A DNA stretch of 64,000 nucleotides from Octopus bimaculoides (taxonomy: Eukaryota), in contig NC_068986.1 in the NCBI RefSeq assembly GCF_001194135.2, positions 44,687,319 through 44,751,318 of the forward strand, in the 5' to 3' direction. Numbering within the stretch: position 1 is the stretch's first letter; every line of letters begins with the position of its first letter. Shown here in pieces: positions 30,601-44,642 of this stretch. Made by a program: the position numbers and the translations under genes. The notes under the pieces are model-generated. The model was not told the DNA's origin. It worked only from the letters and a program-made list of their open reading frames with translations, and made no database searches.

Positions 30601-33600
30601 ATACTTGAATATGTAACATCTAAGGATAAGGCATTTGTTACTGTTTCTGTAACAAAGCATATAATGTCTAGTGATAAAGAAACTGTTACTTATTTACCAC
30701 AATATGCGATATCATCTATAGATGGAAAATTTACTATGTCTATAATAAAACCTGTAAATTATACACAAAAATATACAATATACCACCCTACTGAAGTTCT
30801 TTTAATATCAGAATATATTACAACTAAAGATACAATAACTGTCTCTTCAATACAAAAGAAATTAACATCTGAAGATAGTGCATCAGGCATTTCTATCACA
30901 TCTAAACAGACAGTAAAATCTGTATCTGTTACTTCTATGACAGCACATGTAAGATCTAAGGAGGCTGAAATTCAAAAACCATATGAAGATAAGGTACAAT
31001 ATATTGTACCAGAAATCATAACAGGTGTGGCAACTAGTTCTGTTATAGAAAAAGCTACTCCAACAGCAGTTGAAGAACTTGTAACATCTAAAGTTCATGT
31101 CACTTTTATATGGAGATATAAAGCATCAAAAGATACAAGATTAATTATACCTGAATGGAAAAGAATATTTGCCACTGCTGTAACAACTTACAAAATATCC
31201 ACAGAAACAGAATTCAGTATTTTAGAATCAGGAGAAATATCATCCACAGATGTAACTGTTAAATCATCTGAAGACAGTATGTTTACAAGTCCTGTATTCA
31301 AAACAATTACATTGGTAAAAACAGATGGAGATTTTTCAGGTTCCCAGTTTGAAGATAAAGCTACTTTGGACTCTAGACTGAAATATGTAACATCTAAATA
31401 TATACAAACTATTACTTCTGATTCAAAATATGTAACATTTGAGGATACAGAAAATATTACTTTTCTACTAGAACACACAGCATATAAAGATTCCACAGTT
31501 GTAATATTTAAAATTGTACAAGATGGCACTTCCCAACAAAGGCTTAAAACATCTGGTGATACACATATCATTACTCTCATACCTGAACATATAACAACTG
31601 AATATTCAATAAATTTTACTCACAAACCAGAAAATGTAACATCTAAAGAAATGGAAATAATTATTTCTACACATGATCATGTGACATATAGAGACTTAAA
31701 TGTTACACTTGTAACAAAACATGTGACATCTAAAGATACAATGCATATTGATTTGACAACTGAATATGTAACTACAGAAGATATTATAACAGTCACTTCT
31801 ATACCAGAACACACAGTTGTAACATCAGAAGATGCTGCAAAAGTTACTTTTATATTGGGATTTGTAACATCTAAATATTTGATGGATATTAGTGCTACAG
31901 CAGAGCCTATAATATCTAAACATCCAATAAAATACACTTCTTTGTCAGAACATATAACATATGGAGACAGAACATATGTTACTATTATAACAGAATATGA
32001 CACATCAAGAGATATGCTAACTCTTACTTCTATACCTAAAAATATGACATTTATAGATGCAGTAAAGTTAACAGCTAGTGAATGGATAACTATTACTTCT
32101 TTATCATATCAAATAATATATAAGAATACAGCAACTGTCACATCTATAACTGAATATGTAATATCTAAAAAATATACAATATATGAAGATACAGCAATTA
32201 TTACTTCTGTTAAAGAACTTATATTATCTGGAGATATAATTGCTATGACAACTACAAAACATGTAACAGACGCAAGCATAATACATATTAGTTCATTACT
32301 AGAATCTACTCTAACTGAAGATATGACAACTATCACTTCTACACTAAAACATGAAGTAGCAAGATATACTCTAAAACAGAAACAAGTAAAATATGAAGAT
32401 ACAACAGTTACAGACAAATCAGATCAAATAATATTTGGAGATATGACCATTTTAAAATCTGTGCCTAAACATGTAATTACACAAAAAATGAGAGTTAGAC
32501 ATCTTATCCCAGAAAATATAACATTTCAATATTTCATAAATGTTACTTCTATATCAAAACTTCCAGTAAGTTTTACTTTCGACCCAGAAGATGAAACATC
32601 TGAAGAAAGAACAAATATAACTGCATATGCAACATCTAGGGATAAAGTGAATTTTACTTCTAAACCTGAATATATTATATTTATAGATACAATGAATATA
32701 ACATCTGATAAAGTGATAACTGTTGATTTTATACCAGATCATGTAACACATAAAGATGTTGCTATTATTGCTTCTGCAACTGAAGAGTTCATGAATGTTT
32801 CTGCTGTATTGAAAAATATAACGTCTGAGGATGCAACAACTATCATTTTTATATCAAAGCAAGTGACTTTTAAAGGAGCCATAAATGTTACTCTGAAGCC
32901 AGAATATATCACATCTGAAGATATAGCAACTATTGCTTCAACATTGAAGCATTTAACATCAAGACATATGGTAAAAATGTCTTTTATACTGAAACATGTA
33001 ATATCCGATTACATGGCAAATTTCACTGTTAAACCAGATCATACATTATATAAAGACATGAAGATTATTAGCTCTAAGTATGAATATATCTCAAATGAGT
33101 CTACACCAGACAACATAACTCCTATAACATCTGTAGAGATGATGACTATTACCTGTATACGAGACCAGATATGCAGAGATGTCTCATTTAGCTCATTACG
33201 AGAATATCTAATATCCAGAAATACAACAACTATCTCAGAACAAACAACATTCACAGAAACTACAAAAGAAGCAACAGAAAAAATTTTAGCTATTGTTTCT
33301 GAGCCAGAACATATAACCACTGAAACTTTTATTCAATTATATATGAAAGCTGAGGCTGTTACATTAACAGTGAAACCTATAGTATATATTGATATAGTAA
33401 CAGCTACTTCTATATTGGAACTTGTAACATCTAATGCTACAGAAATGGTTACTTCTGTAGAGAGGTATGTAAGAGCTGAAGACAGAAGAAATGTTACATT
33501 TATAACACAGGTAGTAACAACAAGAGATATCATAACAGCTATCTCTCTTTTAGAACTTGTTGAACCAGAGACCTTGAGAACTCTTGGAGAAAATATAACA

Positions 33601-36600
33601 TCAGAAGACATAATGATTACTTCTATGCCAGAACATGCAAGATCTGAAGGTTTATTAAATGCTACTTCTCTATCAATACACATATTACATAAAGATACTG
33701 TAAATATTATTTCCATGCAAGATCATGTAACATTAGGGGATGCAAAAATTGTTACCACTGCTTTAAAAAGATTAACTTATGGAGACAGATTGAGAGTTCC
33801 TTCTCAAACAGGACATGTAATGTCTGTTGATATAGCAGTTATTAGTTCTATATCACAGCAAGTAACATTAAAGAACATATCAAAAGAAATACAAAAATTG
33901 CAAACATTAATGGACACAAATATAACATCTGTAACATCTAAAGAATTAGTGACAATTATTTCCATTGTTGATCATGTAACGTCTGGGGTTGCAGAAACTA
34001 CTGTACATCCACTAGGACATGACATGTCTGGAGATATAGTAACTGATATTTCTATAGTGGACCATGTAATATCTAAAGATATGGTAACTGTTACTTATAT
34101 GCCAAGCCATATAATGTTTGGAGATACAATAACTATTACTTTTATACCAGACCATATGACATCTGGAGGTTCAATAACTGCTATATCTACACCAGACCAT
34201 GTCATATATGAAGATACACTAACTGTCACGTCTGGAGATAGAGTACTTCTTATATCTATACCATACCATACCACATCTGAAGATACAGTAACTGTTGCAT
34301 CTGTACCAGTTCACATAACAACTGGAGATACAGAAACTGTTACATTTATACCAGATCATATCATATATGGAGATACAATAACTGTTACTTCTGTGCCAGA
34401 CCATATCACATCTGGTGATACAGCAACTGTTACTTCTATACAAGACCATGTGATATTTGCAGATATAGAAACTGTTACTTCTATACCAGACCACATAATC
34501 TCAGGAGATACTGTAACTGTTATATCGATATCAGATCATATCATATCCAAAGATACTGTAACTATTACTTCTATACCAGATCATATCACATCTGGAGATA
34601 CTGTAACTGTTACTTCTATACCAGATCATGTCACATCTGAAGATACAATAACTGTTTCTTTTATACCAGACTATGTTACATCTGGAGATACAGTAACAAT
34701 AATCTCTGTACCAGATCATGTCACTTCTGCAGATACAATAAGTGTTTCTTCTATACTAGATCATGTTAAATCTGGAGATACAGTAACAGTTACTTCTATA
34801 CCAGACCATGTTACATCTGGAGATACAGTAATTGCTACTTCTTTACCAGCCCATATCATATCTGGAGATACAATAATTGTTAAGTCTATATCAGACCAGG
34901 TCACATCAAGAGATACAGTAACTGTTACTCCTATACAAGATCATGTCACATCTGAAGATATAGTAACTGTTACCTCTAATCCTGTTACTTCTATGCTAGA
35001 GACAATATCTGTTACTTCTAGTCTATATCATATAATAGCCAGTGATACCTTACCTGTTATTTCTGTATCTGATCATGTAATATCTGAAGATATAAAAACT
35101 GTTATCTCTACATTGGAATATGTAGTATCTGGAGATATGGTAACTGTTAGTTCTATACTAGAACATATAATAACAAAAGATAAATCTTCCACTTATATAT
35201 TAGAAAATTTAATATCTGAAGATACAACTTATAAATCTGTATCAGCATATATCTCATATGAACGCACAATAACTGTTACCTCAATGCCAGAATATATGAC
35301 ATCGAAAGATGCAGTAAGTATTATATATAGTCCAGGATATGTCACACTTAAAGGAGCAGTGGCTTTTACTTTTGTATCAGAGACTATTAAGTCTATATCA
35401 GATCTTGTAACAGATGATCCTTTAGTCATTGGTGTTTCCAAACTAGACTTTACAATATCACATAAGACTACTACACCAGAACAAAAAGCATCTAAAGATG
35501 CTGTAACTGCTGTATCAGAAGGCTTTATTCCTGAAGCAAGTGTACTTAATATTCTTGTAACTGAAAGAGAAACTTTAGAAGCAAATACATCTATCATACC
35601 AGTAAAGATTACATTATTTGTTGTATCATTGGCAGATCAAAAGACATCTCAATACTTTGTAAATTCGACACCTTTACCTGCTCAAATGACACCAGACAGG
35701 GATATACTTGGCATAAGAGAAAGTTTTCTAGGAGAACCTATAACATTTGGAAGTATCTGGAGAACTTCTAGTATAGATCAAGTGAAATTTAGTGGTGAAT
35801 ATATTAAAACAACTGATAGTTTTGTGGCAGATGTAGCAACTGGAGTTACAATAACTGAAATAACCTATCTTTTTATACATCAAAATGTATCAGTTGAAAG
35901 TGGATATACAAATTTTTCAATTTATAAAATAACAAAGGATCAGCTATCTCAAGAGAAGATATATAACATCAGTGAAGTTATGACATCAGAATCTCTTCTT
36001 CTCAGTGCATTGTCAACGCAAGTATATGTGATGAAACGTTTTAGAGATGACAATATTGTCAGTATAAATACTATGATATTACCTTCTTTGAAATACACCA
36101 GGAGTGATATAGAGATTTTTCAAAAGTTTGTGAATAAAACTTCAAATTACATAACTAAAAGTGATATCCTTACAGTTACAAATGCCTATACACCTACACA
36201 TCTATCCATTAGTACTTGGAATTCAACAGCTTTAGAAATTTATGGATTAAGTAACCACACAGCATTTGACAGAGAAATTTCAAATCAATCTGTTGATGCA
36301 TCTGGCAGATTTTTTTCAGATATGGATCAGAAAACAAATTTCTCAACAAGCCATGATTATTCTGTTGATATATTAGTTAGTGACAGCATACAATTTACAG
36401 CATCTCATAGAAAAAGATCATATATCTCAGTTGATAAGAAGTTAATAATGACAAGCAGTCATCCAATTTCAAAACTGTTGACTATCATTATTGATGAAAA
36501 ACTTTTTACAACTGCCAAGTTATTTATAACAGAACTCACTGAACAACTACAAGTTATAAACACCAGTGTGATGATATCACCTGAGAGTACTGTTACAAAA

Positions 36601-39600
36601 CAAACAATATATGACGAATATATAATGGATTTCAGTAATGTAATTGATGCAACCATTCATTATAGTAAGTCGGAGATATCTCATGACAGTATAATGAGCC
36701 ACTTGTTATTTTTCACTCAGTATAAAAAGACAACAACAAAAAGTATATCAGATTTTATTTCTTTTCATAGTATTCCAGTGGTAATCACAGATTCAGAAAT
36801 TACCCCAGATGTTACTACTTTCAGTGGATATTCTCATTTAGCCACATCTGGTGACAGCATCATGAAATATGTGCCTTACAAGGTATTCATTGAAAAATCC
36901 TCTCCAGAAAGTCAATCTAGTTATTTAAAAAAGAAAACTTCTCAGATTGATGGCTCTTTTATTTCCTTGACAATTCCTGAATCCTCAGAACAGTTTAGCT
37001 ATGGCAACATATCAAAAGAAATATCTCCTTTAGTGCTGCTCAGGGCTATAACAACTGAAGCTGATTTTCTAATTTCATTGAAGGATGAATACTGGAAGTT
37101 TCTAAAAATCACTTCCTTTATTATTTCGACTGTGTCCTCAGATACAGTAACAATCAAACTTTTGACTTATGACTTACCATCTATAACTGGTTCTCAAATG
37201 ATTAACAGAACAAGTACATATGCTTCACTTTTAACAAGTGAAAGTATGCTGGAATTATCATCAACAAATTTATTAACATATATTAAATATCTTCCAGAAG
37301 TTATAGATAACACAACAAAATCACTGGAATCACTTATCCCTGTTTTTCTAAGTAAATTACACAAAGTAAAGCTAGAAACATCTATTTTAGGGATAACTAC
37401 AAGTATATCTCATGTAAGTAAAGAAACATTATCATTTGCAGCTGATTCTCCACCATTATCACTACATGTTAGTTTAATGACAATGTCATCGATCCTGAGT
37501 GATAATATAACAGATAAAGGTACAAAATTATTATTTCCTGATTATACATATTCAACTTCCTTTACAGATATATTTACAACAATAGCAAAAGATAGTCATT
37601 CCATTGATGACTTAAGCAGTATTATACAAATACAAGTAACATTAGACCGTACTGACACAGTATATGTAAAATTTCAGAAGATTATCATCACAACATCTAT
37701 ACAAACAATTCTGGCCCCTGAAATTACAGAAATTGTTACTTCTGTTCAGGATGAACTAACAACTAAAGATAGACTTGCTATTACATCGTCTCTGCAAGAA
37801 CAAGAAATGTTTGCCCAAACAGCAACTGATATTTCAACACAGAAGGAGCATGCAACACCTGAAGATTTAATAAATGTTACTTCTGTACAAGAAAATATAA
37901 TTACTAGCATTAGATCCCCTCTTACAAAAGAACTTAATTTTACTCTTACTTTTACATCACTTGAAGATAAAGAAAATGTTACATATATATCAAAACACGT
38001 AAAATCAGAAGTTGCTTCTATACCAGAACATGTAATATCTGAAGAGACAGTTACAGACACTAAGTACATGATTAATATCACTTCTATACCAAGACATATG
38101 ACATATGTAGACACAGTGAATGTTACATCTATAGCAAAAAATGTAACAGCTGGAATTACAATTGTTTTTCCTAAATCAGATCATGTAGCATCTGTAGATA
38201 AAATAGTTGTTAGTCATATACCAGAACATGTAAGATCCCTTATCACATCGTCGGTTATTGTTACACCAGGTCTTGAAATATCAACAGATTCTTCAAGTGT
38301 AATATCTGGAGAAATCATAACTATTACTTCTGTACCAGAAAACATGACATCTGAAGACAGATCCAGTTTTAGTTCTATACCATTCAAATCTACAGCAAAT
38401 GGTACTTTGTTACAAGATCCTATGACATCTAGGCATAGTATTGTATTAACAAAAGAAGCAACTTTTTTACCTTTCAAACATAAAGACATGGCTAATATTT
38501 CTATGGAAACTCCAGATTTATCAACTAGCACTCATGAAGGACAAATTACCACCATGGAGAGTGTGTCAAAATGGATTTCTTTAAACAGATCTCTGTCAGA
38601 ATTCTCTTTTGAAAATAGATCTTTGCCTTTAGTTATATCCACAAAAATAAATCTTTTAGCTAGTGTCTATAAATATGAAAGAATTCTCAAAAGCGATTCA
38701 ACAGAGATTGTTTATGATCAGGAAACATCATATGTGCCTTATATTATTACTACTTCAAATATTCCAACTAGAACCAAACTTCTTTCTCAAACAGGTTTTG
38801 ATACCAAGAGTGGATATATTAGAGAAGGTCTCAATAAAACAACTGTAAATATTTCAACAGTTGTCAATGGAACTTCCTTAATTTCAACAACAGATGAGTA
38901 TATTATATCTTATCACATAAATGCAAGTTTTGCTCTTCTAAATGGTTCAAGTGAATTGGAGATTTATGTAACAACAGATTATTCCTATTTTAATCATACC
39001 ATGGAATATTCTCCTGTGTATGTGCCATCAACTATATCATTTAATCAGACTGGGGTGTCAAAGTTGGAATTAGATTATTTGTATACAAGGTCCAATCACA
39101 CAACTGATTTATTTACATCTGTAAATTATCGTCATTACAGCAGTTTAACAGAAACATCTTCATATATTCTGATTACTAGTCCTAATCTTACTGCACTGAT
39201 GCAATTCTCTAGCAAACCAACCTCATCACATTATTTACATATTAAATGTATTGGAAAACAGGGATTATTTGATTGCATTCCTCAAACTTATTCACTCTGC
39301 CATGATCCTATGAAAGATATCACAGGAGAAATTTTCTGTGATCTCCAAACAGAATATTCAGATTTCACTGATATCACCACAACAACAAGTATATATTCAA
39401 CATATGACTACACATCTATATTCCATGTATATTATATCACTTCAATGAGAGATCAATTTATATATCCAAGTACAAATTTTTCATATGTTAGCAGCACACC
39501 AACAATCAAGTTTTCTGACTATACTCTAATGATACAATTTGGTCTGTCTTATAATTATGTTGATTCAAGCACAACAAAATTGACTTCAGGGTATATACTT

Positions 39601-42600
39601 ACAGATTATTCATCTTTGAAAGCAATAAAATCATCAAAAGAAGAACAATATACTGATCATAAAATTGCCATGTCAAGAGATACAGTAACTGTTACTACTG
39701 TATCTGACCGTGTAATGTCTACTGATATAATAACTCTTACATCTATGTTAGATCATGTCACATCTGGAGATATATTAGCTGTTACATCTCTACCAGATCA
39801 TATTATATCAGGAGGTAGACTAACTATTAAGTTTATACCAGACCATGTCACATTTGCTGATACAGTAACTGTTACTTCTATACCAGATCGTGTCATATCT
39901 GGTGATACAGTTGTTATGACTTCTATAACAGACCACATCATATCTGGAGATACAATAAGTGTTACTTCTANNNNNNNNNNNNNNNNNNNNNNNNNNNNNN
40001 NNNNNNNNNNNNNNNNNNNNNNNNNNNNNNNNNNNNNNNNNNNNNNNNNNNNNNNNNNNNNNNNNNNNNNNNNNNNNNNNNNNNNNNNNNNNNNNNNNNN
40101 NNNNNNNNNNNNNNNNNNNNNNNNNNNNNNNNNNNNNNNNNNNNNNNNNNNNNNNNNNNNNNNNNNNNNNNNNNNNGCATCCAGAAAAACGGTACATATT
40201 ACATTTATACCAGATTATGTCACATCTGGAGACATAGTAACTGTCATATCTATACCTGATCATGGCATATCTAGAGATATAGTAACTAATACTACATCAG
40301 ACCATGCAATATCTGGAGATACAGTAATTGTTGCATCTGTACCAGATTATGTTTTATATGGTGACATCGTAACTGTTACATTTATAACATACCAACTCAT
40401 ATCTAGAGATATAGTAACTATTACATCTATACCAGATTATGTCTCACATTCAAAGGATTCATTAAAAAATATTAGTTATATTTTATCACATGTTACAAGC
40501 ACAACAAGAAAAATATATCTTGATAGTTCCACAGAATTTCATTCCCATTTCTGTGATAGAATGAAAGATGAATTATATAATGAGACCCTAAGAATTCAAT
40601 GTGATAAAATATCAAGGAAAGATCCTTGTTGCATTGAATCAGGAACTTTAAATTTCACTACCATGATACAAAAAAATTACACTGACATTCCGCTGAAATA
40701 CTCTTACATCACTCAAAAAACTATAAGTGTACTCCCACTCTCCAAACTGAAGTACTTTTTATATAGTAGCAAAATAACAACAGACATATTTTCTGGTTCA
40801 TACTATACAGTTACTAAAATGAGTACATATTTTAACTATCCTACAACTGATTTACTTAACAGAGGAACAAGAGAGCTACCATTTGATTATATTGCTAAAA
40901 ACTATTCACGTATTGATATGATAACAACAGAAACTTTGATAGATCCTTCTAACATAACAACAGAAACTTTGATAGATCCTTCTAACATAACAACAGAAAT
41001 AGTAACACACTATGCTTCAATAAATGAATCAACTAGTATGAGTTTATCTGTTGATAACATTACTGAAAGCATGTTGATTTTTACAACCATAATGAAGGAG
41101 ATATTTTCAACAAATGTTCCAATAAACTGCACATATCTTACAACTATAATAACAAATATATTTTCTACCTATGTTCCCCAAAATCAGTCAGATCATACCA
41201 GTATGATTAAAGAAATAATTATGAGGTACTTTCCTAAAAAGCCTTCAGATTTTATGGATGGAAAATCTTTGAAATATTCTCCAACAACAACATCTGGCAA
41301 ATCACAAAGCACAAAAGATGTAATATCAGACACAGATATTTCATATTATGATATAATGACGAAATCATATGTATATTATTTCCATACTGGAAAGCATATA
41401 ACAACAAGCTATGATGTTGATACAGAAGTATTACTTGTTTATGCATTAACAAGTACTACAAGTCAATTTCATACTAGGCAAAAATTATATACCATTACTA
41501 GTTTATATTTTAGTAATATACCTACAAAGGCACCATACTTTACAGACATAAGATTAGATGCAAAGGAAAAACAGGATATAAAGAAACCAGAGACATATTC
41601 ATATGTCAGTGAAGCATATTCAACAGAAAGAAAGGAATATTATTCATACAGTGAAGTACTATTTACAGACAAACTAGGTACCAGTACAATATGCAGGGAA
41701 GAACTGTATACAGAAAAACCAGATGTCAGTATTATACACAGTGAAGTACTATATCTTGACATTTCAGATGTCAGTGCAGTAGATAGTGAAATATTATCTA
41801 CAGAGACACAAAATATCAGCACTGCACTTAGTGAAGTATTATCTACAGAGAGAGAAAATGTCAGTGCTATACATAGTAAAATACTATCACCAGAGAAGTT
41901 TGATATCAGTAGTATACATACTGTAGTATCAACTACCAAGGGACCAGGACCAGATGTCAGTATTGTACATAGTAAAATATTATCTACAGATGAAACAGAT
42001 ATCAGAAGAGTGCACAGTGATGTGCTATCTATAAAAAGACCTGGTTTTACTACATTAGAAATTGAAGTACTATTCACAGAGAAACCAGATGTCAGTATTG
42101 TTTACAGTGGAATTCTATCAACAATTGTACCAAAAATATATTCACTGGTCAGTGCTATATATAGTAAAGAAATATCTAAAAAGAAATCAGATGTTAGTAC
42201 TGTACAGGTTGAGGTACAATCTACAGAGATGCCAGAAACATATTCACATGTTAGTATTGTACAAAGTGAAGTGCTATCTGTAGATAGATCAGAGGTTAGT
42301 TTTGTATACAGTGATGTCTTCACAACAGATAGACAAGAGGAAAGTACTCTACACACTGATATAATGTCTATAGAGATACCGAAAATACATCCTCATGTCA
42401 GTACATCATATAATGAAGTACTATCAACAGGTAGTATAGATATCATTACTGCACATACAGAAATACAGTCTTCAAAGGTACCCGAGAGACCTTCATATAT
42501 TAGTTCTTTACATACTGAAGTACTGTTTAAAGATATACCAGGAAACTATTCACTCATCAGAACAACATACAGAGAAATATTAACAAGTATGACCCCAAAA

Positions 42601-44642
42601 ATGTATCCAAATGTCAGTATTATATATGGTAGAGAACTGACTACAGTTATGTTAGAAATATTTTCACTTATCAGTTCTATACACAGTGGAGCACTATCTA
42701 CAGAGACACCATACATCACAACTATATATACAGATGTACTATCAACAGAGAAAACAGATGTTAGTATTAAATGTAGTGAAGTGATGTCTACTGTAGCACT
42801 AGATGCCTCAACTGCATGCAGTGATGTACTATCTACAGAAATGTTAAATATGTATTCATATGTCAGTACTAGATTTAATACAATACCCTTTACTGTGGAA
42901 GAAAACATCAGTGGTATACATATTGATATATTATCTACAGCGAGATCAGATCATAGTACTGCACACATTGAAATACTGACAACAGAGACACCAAAGACAT
43001 TTTCACATCTCAGTATGCCAGGCACAAAAATACTAACTACAGAGACACCAGATATCAGTACACCAGACACAAAAATACTAACTACAGAAAGACAAGATTT
43101 CAGTACAACATACACTGAAGTACTAACTACAGAGAGACCAGATATTAAAGTACTAAGTACTGAGAGAATAGATGTTAGTATATCAGACACTGAAGTACTA
43201 ACTATTGAGAGACGAGGTACCGGTACACCAGACACTAAAATATTAATTACAGAGAAACCAGATATCAGGACACAAGATACTGAAGTACTATCTACAGAGA
43301 GACCAGCTGTCAGTACACCAGACATTAAAGTACTAACAACGGAGACATCAGATATCAGCATGGCAGACACTGAAGTACTAACTACAGAGAGACAAGATAT
43401 CAGTACATCATCAGACACTAAAATACTAAGTACAGTAAAATCAGATGAAAGTACACAATATACTGAAGGACTAACTACACAGAGGTCAGTTGTCAGTACA
43501 CCAGACACTAAAATACTTACTACAGAGGCATTGGACATCACTATGCCAGACACTGAAGTACAAACTACAGAAATACCGGATATCAGTATGCCAGACACTG
43601 AAGTACAAACTACAGAAATACCGGATATCAGTATGCCAGATACTGAAGTACAAACTACAGAGGCTTTGGATATTAGTATGCCGGACACTGAAGTACTAAC
43701 TACAGAGGCATCAGATATCAGTACACCAGACACTGAAGTACAAACTAGAGAAATATCAGATATCAGTATACCAGACACTGAAGTACAAACTACAGAAATA
43801 CCGGATATCAGTATGCCAGATACTGAAGTACTAACTACAGAGGCATTGGCTATCAGTATGCCAGGCACTGAAGTACAAACTACAGAGGCATTGGACATCA
43901 CTATGCCAGACACTGAAGTACAAACTAGAGAAATATCAGATATCAGTATACCAGACACTGAAGTACAAACTACAGAAAAACCAGATATCAGTATGCCAGA
44001 CACTGAAGTACTAACTAGAGAAATATCAGATATCAGTATACCAGACACTGAAGTACAAACTACAGAAAAACCAGATATCAGTATGCCAGACACTGAAGTA
44101 CTAACTACAGAGGCATCAGATATCAGTACACCAGACACTGAAGTGCAAACTAGAGAAATATCAGATATCAGTATACCAGACACTGAAGTACAAACTACAG
44201 AAAAACCAGATATCAGTATGCCAGACACTGAAGTACTAACTACAGAGGCATCAGATATCAGTACACCAGACACTGAAGTGCAAACTAGAGAAATATCAGA
44301 TATCAGTTTGCCAGACACAGAAATACCAACTACAGAGACATTGGATATCAGTTCACCAGACACTGAAGTACAAACTACAGAGACATTGGATATCAGTACA
44401 CCAGACACTGAAGTACTAACTACAAAAACATCAGATGTCAGTAGACTAGATACTGAAGTACAACCTACAGAAATACCAGATATCAGAACAGCAGACATTA
44501 AAGTACTAACTACAGAGGCATCAGATATCAGTACACCAGACACTGAAGTACAAACTACAGAAATACCGGATATCAGTATGCCAGATACTGAAGTACTAAC
44601 TACAGAGGCATTGGATATCAGTATGCCAGGCACTGAAGTACA
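1..44642 (+). CDS. Segment 1 of the giant mucin-like ORF (ORF track 100..45261, true limits window edge to gap 2)
   Basis: 13,323 stop-free codons in 1-39970, then in frame across gap 1 to 44642. The track's C-terminal HWISVHQTLKY and stop at 45261 are out-of-frame reading after gap 2. Confidence 0.92.
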
